DNA of 64,000 bases from Gordius albopunctatus (lineage: Eukaryota), in assembly GCA_964276515.1 (NCBI GenBank), contig OZ193909.1:4898001-4962000 (forward strand), in the 5' to 3' direction. A program made the translations under genes and the position numbers. The notes beneath the pieces are model-generated. The model saw only the letters and a program-made list of their open reading frames with translations, was not told the origin of the DNA and ran no database searches. Position 1 is the first letter of the stretch; every line of letters begins with the position of its first letter. Shown here piece after piece: positions 54,201 through 64,000 of this stretch.

Positions 54201-55111
54201 TAGAGGTGTGCACGGATCAATCCAATCCGACATCCGATCCGATCCGTCCGAACTCGGATCGGATTAACATTTTAATTTTGGAAGTCGGATCGGATCGGAT
54301 CAACATTTTATTTTAGTCGGATCGGATCGGATACAATAATAATTAAATTAATAATTTTTAGTATACCTTTTCGTAATTATCTTTGCATTCTTTTTTTACT
54401 TTACCATTTTTGATGCCCAATACCACCTCCTTACCCCTTACTTACCCTAATATATTTATCAGAATTTCCCTAGCGTTTTTCCCTAGCTAGACGTAGACAC
54501 GCATCTCTTTCTATTTCATTTCAACTCAACTCCGAAAATCATCAATCACTCCTCTCCCCTTTCCTTAAAGCACACGCGTAGCTCCTTTCCCTCTTGATTT
54601 CAGGTAATCATGAATGATGTAGCTGCTTGCCTTCTTAGAAGCAATCTCCATGGTGCGATTGCAAATATGATTCAAAAAAAGATTTGCTGAAATGGTGGGT
54701 TTCATATCAAACAGTTCTGCCAAGGCTTTATAAGCTGGCAAATAAATTTTTAGCTATACCTGCTACCTCTACCACTTCGGAAAGAAATTTCTTGGTGGCT
54801 GGAAGAACATTAGAAGAAAGAAGAACGCGAATTAAACCAGATAATTTAGATTCTTTATTATTTTTATATGATAACATGGAATTAGTCAAATAAAATTTTA
54901 TATTTCAAGTATATTAAAATTGCCATACCTTATTTTTATGTATTTTGAATTTAATCATCAATAAAAAGTTCTGTTCGTAAAATTTTAATTAAAAAATTTC
55001 GGATCGGATTGGATTTAGATTTTAAAAAACTCGGATCGGATCGGATGGATACGAAATTTTTTAAAAACCCCTCGGATCGGATCAAAAAAATTTTATCCGT
55101 GCACACCTCTA
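54201..55111 (+). mobile_element. Non-autonomous hAT element
   Basis: Perfect 17-bp TIR TAGAGGTGTGCACGGAT; perfect 8-bp TSD gtgtaatt; TCGGA subterminal repeats; dimerization remnant LKWW...LPRLYKLANKFLAIPATSTTSERNF (54684-54893). Confidence 0.93.
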
Positions 55112-56050
55112 GTGTAATTTAACCATGTAATTTTGCCCTATAACGGTCAATTTACCTTCCTCACTAGTTTATTATTTAAAACGAACGTCAATACATTAAT
55201 ATTATACAAAATATTGATGGCTGGCGCTATATTATAAACAAACTTTAATCGCATTTTTTATATTTTTAATTTTTATGTATTGTGTAAATGATACTTATTT
55301 TAAAATGCTGTTTTTGACATCTAACCAATTCAATATTTTTTTATTTACACTTTTAAGATTATTTAATTTGCGAAAATTACTAATATCTATATGATCACCA
55401 CTTTACAATGCTCACATCAAAATGGTGGGAAAAAGGGTACACATTTTGTGCGTTGATGAGCAGTCTATCTAGTCTATGGTTCTAACCCAAAAGCCCCCTC
55501 TACCCATGTAGTGACGTGAATCCAATCAAGTTCCGATGAATTGACGTCAATCAATGGTACGCCATGGCTTAAATCGATTTCTTTTCGTAAGGTCGCACTC
55601 AATGACGTCAATCGATATTCCTTACTATAAATTAGTGCTGTAAAAACGGCTGGCTGGTTTTTCCCAGCATGTTTCCAAGCTTGGTAATTGGTGTATTGGT
55701 CGACCTTTTGCGTTTTTGTTAAAAAACACCCAAAGAATGTTGGGGGAATTATTTTTGTGGACCTTTGGCCTTTGCCGTTTTTACAAAAAAACACCCTTGG
55801 CGTTTAGGTGAATTATTTTGGTAACCTTTTGGTTTGGTTTTGGTCGTTTTGGGTTGTGTATGGAAATATGGGAAGTTTTTATAATTTTTGTATTTAATAT
55901 TATTTATTTTTGTAATGAACTTTAATTGATGGGAAATATGAAATGACGTCACTAAGTGGAAAGTATCATACTTGCTAGTTATAATCAACCTATAATTTTT
56001 TCCAATTGGTATGCGATGTAAATTCATGCAAATGATTAAAGGTGTATTAT

Positions 56051-56998
56051 AAAAATATTTTTTCACCTTTTTAAGGTGAAACAGGTGACGAATGTCAAAA
56101 TCTTTAATATCTATTGAAATGAATTTTTTTTGGAAATTAGTTCATTATATGACTAAAACAAGTTTTAAACTCGCAAAATTTTTTTTTTTACCTTTTAAAT
56201 GTGAAACAGGTGACAAATGTCATAATCTTTAATATGTATTGAAATGAATATTTTTTGGAAATGGGTTCATTATATGTCTAAAACAAGTTTTAAACTCGAA
56301 AAAAATATTTTTTCACCTTTTTAACCCTCGAGAGAATTCCTGAAAATCCCGAACGCGAGAGCATTCTTGGGGTATATTTGACCCCATTTTTTAACTTCTT
56401 ATAACTTTTAAAGTATTATTTGTAAACATTTCAAATTTTAAACATGTGTTTATAAAGGTCTTAAGATTGATGGTTTAATTTTTCTTATGAATCTAATCAA
56501 CATTACAAAACTTATTAACGATTTTCTGGACCCCCATTTTTATTTTGGTTATTTTAGAGCTTCCCCTCATTTTACCTTTAGACATCATATACCTTAAAAT
56601 AAATCAAAACAAACGTGACTTTTTATTAAAAGAATGTTCAAAATGTATTAAAAACACAAATTGTAAAAGATATCATCAAACAAAAAAATACATACATTTT
56701 TTTGTAACAGAAAAAAACTTACGTAAGAGCATTCGTGGGGTAAAATTTACCCCATGAGCCAAAAAAGCTTCTATATTTTAAAAAATAGTGGGCCAAAAGT
56801 TATAAAATTTTCCTCAAACTTAGTTCTTGGTAAAATATTAGGCTACTGAAAAGGCCAGATCAATTCGCTTTTAAATGCGTTTTATATTTAAGTTTATAAG
56901 TATCGTGGGGTCCGTGGTACTGGTACCCCACGAATTCTCTCGAGGATTAAGGTGACACAGGTGACAAGTGTCAAAATCTTAAATATTTATTGAAATGC
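56051..56998. repeat. Tandem repeat of about 125 bp (3 units); third unit split by a piggyBac MITE
   Basis: cacctttttaaggtgaaacaggtgac..atgtcaaaatct...tattgaaatg recurs at about 56064, 56190 and 56314|56951. Confidence 0.75.
56325..56946 (+). mobile_element. piggyBac-type MITE
   Basis: TTAA|CCCTCGAGAGAATTC...GAATTCTCTCGAGGA|TTAA. Confidence 0.85.
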
Positions 56999-57471
56999 TA
57001 AATTTAAAAGAATATTACCGTTTTAGAAGGTATGGGTTCCAAAACTTACATATCCACTTAAAAAGAGTTCCATTTACTATTAAATAACACGGTTTAAAAA
57101 AATAAACCGACAAATTGTTTGCAGATTTTGGTACAGTTTTTTGCGGTGAACACGAATATATTTGTTATTTTCCCCCTATACGTCAAGGTTTTGAAGTATT
57201 TGCCGTCAAAGTGGATAAAACAGCGATTTTGGCGTTTTTTAAAGTCAATAACTGCAAATTAATCCATAAAATTTTAATTAATAAATTATGGCACATCCGA
57301 GTTTCGATAAAATAATATACTAGTGGTCGGTGTGGACCACACCCACATTGAAAGTCCTAAGAGACTAGCACTTATGATATGCTATTTTATGCACACCCTA
57401 ATATCACTCTAACAAACCACCTGTTACATTAAATTGAACTCAAAAATAATTCATTTTAAACTTGAAATTAA

Positions 57472-58090
57472 CCCGCGAGAGTATTCGTGGGGTATTTCGA
57501 TACCCCACGCAAATTATAAATTAAAATATAAAAGGCAATTTAAGTCTAATGAATTTGGTCTTTTCAGTAGCTTAATATTTTATAAAGAACTAGGTTAGGT
57601 GAAAATATCATAGGTTTTGGCTTAATACTTTTTAAAATATAGAAGCTTTTTTGGCTCATGGGGTAAATTTTACCCCACGAATGCTCTTACGTATGTTTTT
57701 TTCTGTTACAAAAAAATGTATGTATTTTTTTTGTTTGATGATATCTTTTACAATTTGTGTTTTTAATACATTTTGAACATTCTTTTAATAAAAAGTCACG
57801 TTTGTTTTGATTTATTTTAAGGTATATGATGTCAAGAGGTAAAATGAGGGGAAGCTCTAAAATAACCAAGATAAAAATGGGGGTCCAGAAAATCGTTAAT
57901 AACTTTTGTAATGTTGATTATATTTGTATCAAAATGTATACCATCACTCTTAAGACCTTTATAAACACATGTTTAAAATTTGAAAGGTTTTAAAACAAAA
58001 CTTTGAAAGTTATAGGAAGTTAAAAAGTGGGGGAAAGTTATACCCCACGAATACTCTCGCGTTCGGGATTTTCAGGAATACTCTCGAGGG
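57472..58090 (-). mobile_element. piggyBac-type MITE (same family, opposite orientation)
   Basis: TTAA|CCCGCGAGAGTATTC...GAATACTCTCGAGGG|TTAA; reverse complement of 56325-56946, giving near-identical spurious ORFs 56545 (+) and 57687 (-). Confidence 0.85.
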
Positions 58091-58318
58091 TTAAGGGAAT
58101 ATCGGTTTGATCAAGTTACATAGAATTGGTTCATTGAACATATTTACTTAATGCATTATAAAAACTACATTATACAATAAAGTGAGATAACAATTTAAAA
58201 CATCCCCAGTGTATAGATAAAAATTCATCAACTTCAATAAAATAGGTGCATCCTATAGTTAAATAAAAGTAATATGCCTAAAGAATGATATAAAATGCGT
58301 ATATAAAAAGAGTTTTTA

Positions 58319-61300
58319 TTAATTGGCTTTAACTTTGGGGCGATGAAGTATATCGTAGATGATAAATATAACATGGCAAGTTATTATTATGAGGTTAAGC
58401 TCAATTAAGAGGGTTAGGTCGTAAGCCAAAGTGCGAGGCAAATAAAAAATTATCGCTGCATTTACAAAAGGAGTGAGCCAAACGGTAAAGTAATAATTTT
58501 TAAAAAGTCGCGCTAGGGGACAAATGTAACTAGCTTCGATGCACCAATTTGGTATTAGGATTTGGGGTAGCATGAGAGACAGCAATACGCATTTAAAAAT
58601 TACCCAATACCAAGGATATTGATAAAGTGGAAAAAGTGCGAACATTAATGAAACTCCTATAGAAGGGTACGTCAAATTGTGAGTCAAATAAATAAAGGTG
58701 TGAGTATGCAAGATCATGAGAGATGCGATCAAACAGAGCAGAGCGGTGAAATAATTTATATATACGCCAAAAAGTTGGAATCGGGTCAAGCATTTGGCGT
58801 TTAAAAGGGGAAAAATAACGATGTAAACGAGGAAAAAGTGCAAAGACCAACTAATGTAAGGGGCCCACACGTAATTAAACGTAACGATTAAAGCACAAAC
58901 AACGGCAACCTTACTGGTAAGTACCCGGGGCCATGAATACCCCTTTTTGTCTTCCAATTTTTTGGGGCTTTTAATGTAAATTCGATGCCCCAGCCAAAAA
59001 GAAAGGGTAAGTAAGGCTCTCAAAGCGACGTGTAAACAAACGGCCACAAATTGAGCTAAAATACATAGCAAAAGTTGATTTATGACAGATCTAGGGTGTA
59101 AATTATCCCCACTAATCAAAGGCTTTTTAGTAAGTAAAGAAAATACAAAATAAGCGAGAAAATGCAGAAAAGAAGTAATAGGATATTGAGACATTAAATT
59201 GTTAGTATGAGATATTTGAACATATTTTGTAATGGCGTTGGCCGAAAGCGTTAGCTCTATCAAGTAAAAAAGGATTATGGCTTTAATGATGTAGTAATTT
59301 TGGTACAACAATAATTGTCGTAAGATTATTTTGGGTGACAATTTAAAAATAATTTCATATTTACACTGAGGATTTAAGGTTAGCGTCAAAAGCGGGGCTG
59401 GTGTTGGTTTATAAAATTTGTTGAGGGGGAGAGATTGCAAAAAAATATCCGCTTCAAAAACGGCAAATTCAATTTTGGAAGCATCTTCCGTTCGTGTCCA
59501 ATATCTATTTTCTTTAAACCAATCGACAGAAAGGGTCATCGTTACCTGTAAAATATTAAATTTTTACAATTATTCTTTTCGCAAGATGATAGTAATATCT
59601 AAATTAATAATATAATAATTTTATGTACAGTTAAAGTTATTATTATGACAATAATTTAAGGGCATTACAAGTGAGTCGTATTACCATTCGTTGACTTTTA
59701 CATTTAGATTCGGCCATCAAAATAACGTGATAGCCCTGCCATATTTCAGTAAGCCATGGGAGGGTATACTCGTGGATGGCTTGGTGTTCAATTTTCCTCT
59801 GAGTAAAATTTCGTTGATAATATAAAATATTCCGATTTTAAATTGTGAGATCAAATCAACAATCATAACTTTTGTTTTCGAATCAATTAATAGTGATTTA
59901 AAAATCTCTTAAATAAAGAGTTATAAGGAAACTAAATTAATGCATCGGGGCGGACTCTAGTCGGGCCCAGAAGGGCCAGAACAGATTGAATTTAAAAGCT
60001 GTCATTATTTATTTTTAAGCAAATGTTCTTTCCGCACCGCAATTCGCCATTATACACAAATTGCAAAGAAATTTGAACAATAAATACTTGGCTTTATTTT
60101 TGCACTAAAAAACTTACACTTTTGGTTAGCCAATAGTAATTTCCTTCGTTTGTATCATATTTATGTGAGCCACATCGATCTGCGAGAACGATGGAATTTG
60201 CTATTAAATTGAGGGGTGGGAGTACAAAGATTTCTAATGGGTTCGGTGTTTGGTTGTTTTGTTGAGGGTGAGCATGTTGAACGGCTTCAATCTTAACTAC
60301 ATACCTTCGAAGCCGGGTGGGGGGAATTCGCTAAAAAAAAACTGATTATTACTATAAAACACCCGTAAAATAGTGATATGTGTATAAACAGTTTTAGTGT
60401 AGAATAAGCATGTCGAAGGACTTTTGGTTTTATAAAATATATGTAGTATGTACCGATATTCATGTGCGTAGCCAGGGGGAGGCAGGGAGGAGCGGCTGCC
60501 ACCCTCTAAATCCACAAAAACTCCAGGAAATTTATTATAATTATGTCTAAAATTCTCTAAAATTATCATTATTGCTGCCCCCTCTAATTTCAATTCTGCC
60601 CACGCACATGCCATTATTGACTTTTAAAATTAAATTTTAACTTGTCGACAGTAGTACCTTCATTTCTATATTAACGTGATGCTTGAACGAAGCGTCAATC
60701 ACGACGGTTTCTTTTAAACTTTCAACTCCTTCCATGTAAACACATATCGAAGCAATAGCGCTTAGGTCAGCAATACGGATGGCTTTTGGGAAACTTGAAG
60801 TCTTAAAATATTTGCAAGCAAAATTTTACAATATTTCTACTATTTTATTCTGAATGTGTTAAAGTGAACTCTATTTCAATACATTTATTCTTGGAGTAGT
60901 GGAATGGACATAAAATGATCAGCCTATTTTCTATTAAAATAGATACTTTTGCATTAAATTTTTATACAATTTTAGATAGAATTTACACCTTTGCCTTGAA
61001 AAGCAGGGGGATCTTTGTAGCTTCTAATTCGAAAATTGCACCATTATTTAGGTTTTTTAAATTTTTTATCTTCGAAGAATTATAGTTTACAGTATCCCGC
61101 TGGAAATTTCCTTCTAGTTGAGATTCAACCATTTCTTTGACGGCATCTGGGTAAAGATTTCAAAAAGTTTGATCGTTAGATTCAGTACAGTAAAGATATT
61201 TTTATAATTAATTTTGTATGTATATAGGATGAGATTATTTCTTGGTTATCTTCGCAAATTAGTAAATACTAAGTGATAATATTAGCTTGTTATTTCGATC

Positions 61301-62799
61301 CAGAGGTTACCTAATATTGTAAGTTTTAATTTAATTGATATCTTAGCTAGCAAAAAATATAGATTCCCATAGTAAAATATATGTAGGGACTAAAAATAGT
61401 CATTGTTAGGCTCAATTATACAAAATTACTAATTAAAATCGACCTCCATGTTTTTGAAAAATTGAGCCAAAACAGCCTTGCAAACTTTTAAGCTAAGTCC
61501 GAATGGGAAAAAATTGATCTAAAGAATAAAATATAGTAATAAATTATAACGAAAGTTTTTTTTGCGCGCTATAAAATTTAATCTCATGCGTGGAGCGAAA
61601 GAACAGCGGCCAGCAATTTATTTTTCGAAATCACAGCATAAAATACATCGATTCTCTCCTAATGCAATTTAAAAGAGTAAATTGAAAATCCGTTTTGGGA
61701 TTAAATTTGTTTTATTGTGTTAACTTTAATCAACCCTTTCCCTCATAAAAGATATAATACATCTGGGCGTGTGTACATTAAAAATTTGAGCCCCTTCTTG
61801 AAGTAGCCGTACGATCAGTTATTTAATTTGAGTAAGTTAGAATCATTAGTAACAAAAATTATGAAACAAAGTAGTAACTATAAATGTTTAAATTAAGGTC
61901 TCATGATTATTTCTAAAGATAATCTAGATTTTTAAAAATCTATTTTGAGAAAATTTACCTTTCCCTAGCCGTGGGAGCCTTAGCAGTATGCGCGACAAAA
62001 GGCGCATCAGTTGATTACACCACACTATGCTGAGGTGATCGTTGGAGAGCCATACATCCACGAGGTGTGTGGTTGAATATTGAAAATCTTGCCTAAATGT
62101 TCAAAGCTTTAGCTACACTTATTTTTATAATTGAATTGGCCTGAGATATGTCTGATCTAAAATCACAATTTCAACAATCATAATTTGTGCAAAGGCCTTA
62201 TTATATGGATTACTCAAGACTAGTAAAAACGCCTGGGTTTCGACCTTTGGTTTAACTAAGAATAACAATTGTCGATTCTGGTCTCTTTTTCAAATTTCGA
62301 CTAAACCTACGGGCCGAAAAAGAAACATAGACCAAAGAACCTCCTTTGTTCGGTTTATGTAGACCAAACTAAACCCAGGCGTTTTCACAACACTACTCAA
62401 AACTTTAAAATGAATTATTACATAGCACATAGGCTCAAGATGAAGATCTTTCTAATTATTATTATTATTTCGGTAAATATTTTACAATTTCCGGTTTACA
62501 CGAGTTTTCCACTGTGCCCATGATAAAACTTAAATTTTTGTCATTGGTCAACAATAACACTACCTAAAAGCATTCGGGCGTTCAAATTGTACGTAATCTG
62601 TGGGTACGAGCCGATCTCTAGACCCACCGGCTAGTGATAGGATCGGAGGAAGGGTGAAAGTGGAATTTTCGAGACTGTTTAGTGTCCAAAATGAGTGCAC
62701 ACTTTCGTAATAAGTTAAGGCTGCGGGATCCCAAGCAATAACTTTTAACGTGTGTGGTTGGTGTGAGTAAATAAAGAATTTGCGAGAAGCGCGAGGAAT
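58319..62799 (-). CDS. PGAP1: GPI inositol-deacylase (PGAP1/Bst1), 5' end not resolved
   Basis: Exons 62799-62564, 62092-61959, 61146-60989, 60801-60658, 60291-60118, 59798-59685, 59545-58319. Motifs PH...YESVHSFW...LSLAGGSRDRLV, VWLSNDHLSIVWCNQL, IWQGYHV, CKYEI, then a multi-TM C-terminus. Confidence 0.88.
60461..60610. mobile_element. CATG-TIR MITE in a PGAP1 intron
   Basis: catgtgcgtagccag...ctgcccacgcacatg; TSD ccgatatt/ccattatt. Confidence 0.8.
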
Positions 62800-64000
62800 C
62801 TATTATTACTATATTTAAGAGGTGTATTATGGCTTATCTCAAATTGACATCACTTTAAAAAAGCACCTGTGCTGAATTTATCCCTTTTCGCAAATAAATA
62901 ATCGAGCGTTAGTAGGCAAAGGTAATAAATTTGAGTTATTAATTAAAAGTTTTACTTAATCTTGTTGTATTCCCCCCCTCCCTCCCTCCCTAATTTTTGT
63001 TTACTTTTATTTTGACTTGTATATCAGCCCCTGTGGTCCAAAGTACTGCAACTCTTTCCCTCATTTTCACTTCATCAGTCACATTGGACCATTCATTATT
63101 AACTACAAATAAGGAAAACTTTATATGTTAAAGAAACTGTTTATAACTTTTATATTCTTTTTATGCCCTTTTTAGCATCATTAGTAGTAGTATACTTAAA
63201 GGGGGAAAACACATGCTATCTCCCTCTTTTAACTAACAGGGTTTCTTTCAGAGGAATAATTGTAGGGGTTAACTTGAGATACAATTTGATTGATTCACTA
63301 AATGCAAATTTTAATAAAAATGTTTTATCTGCCCTAGGATTACAAAACCATGCCTGTTCAAAGCTTATAATGTATCATGATGATTCCTTAGTTGGTTTTA
63401 AGAGTCATTTTAATCTATGACACATTTCAAAGCATTATAGTTAATGGGCCTAGAGATCTAAAATATTCAATAGCTTAACAAAAAATTATTTAGCGTTATG
63501 AGGAATCTTAGAAGGCTTGGCCCATAATACCCCCAAAAAACCGGAGATAAATTATTTTTTAATTTTACCACAATTTTTTATTACTTTTAGTGATAGAGAT
63601 AACTATCTATGCTTCATGAAAATAATGTTTTATAATAATAAGTTCTAAAATTAAAAAATCAAACATCCAATACTACTTTCCTAAATTAAACTTTATGCTT
63701 ATTCAAAATTCCCTATTGATTTTTGCTACTTATAAATACTCTCAAGCTTACTACTATATATACATATAAGTGAAGTTTGTAAAATCAAAAGCCCTTTAAG
63801 AACTAGAGAGGAATTTTCACGTTTTCTAATTTTTATAGATATAGATGATAACAAAATAGGTACAGAAATTTATGAATTAAGGGTAGGTTTGAAAGTTAAT
63901 TTCCAAAATAACTAGGCCATCTAACCTCACTAACAGATAGAGTTATGTAGATTAGCCCTCTTATTGGTAAAATTAGGTGAACATAACTGTAAATGTTTGA

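Noticed and set aside
137..55100. TCTCG, TCGGA, GCCCG and ACTGAGCA short-repeat arrays as CRISPR-like arrays
   Set aside because: No constant repeat with unique spacers and no cas genes; they are subterminal repeats of DNA transposons in eukaryotic DNA.
56545..57869. Duplicated ORF MVILELPLILPLDII... as a gene pair
   Set aside because: Lies inside two copies of the same MITE, uses a TTG start and has different C-termini.

Overview
AT-rich eukaryotic (animal-like, probably invertebrate) genomic DNA, not prokaryotic. I read five spliced housekeeping genes by hand: RPLP2 (-), a CWF19L1 CwfJ-domain gene (-), EXOC7/Exo70 (+, about 19 exons), BCAS2/SPF27 (-) and the 3' part of PGAP1 (-). Many of their introns are only 32-40 nt. 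The rest is densely nested transposons: a near-full-length RTE LINE, CRE-type RLE LINEs, a Gypsy relic, MULE, hAT and piggyBac MITEs, Helitron-like elements and a tRNA-derived SINE. The main unexplained signals are self-cleaving ribozymes in mobile elements. (1) A ~365-nt non-coding repeat carries a minimal type I hammerhead ribozyme; it is present twice, once with terminal direct repeats and once as a TSD-flanked inverted/direct structure (retrozyme or Penelope pLTR-like). (2) A twister ribozyme core with compensatory base changes marks the 5' end of the RTE element. All homology calls come from motif recognition and recalled orthologue sequences, not database searches.
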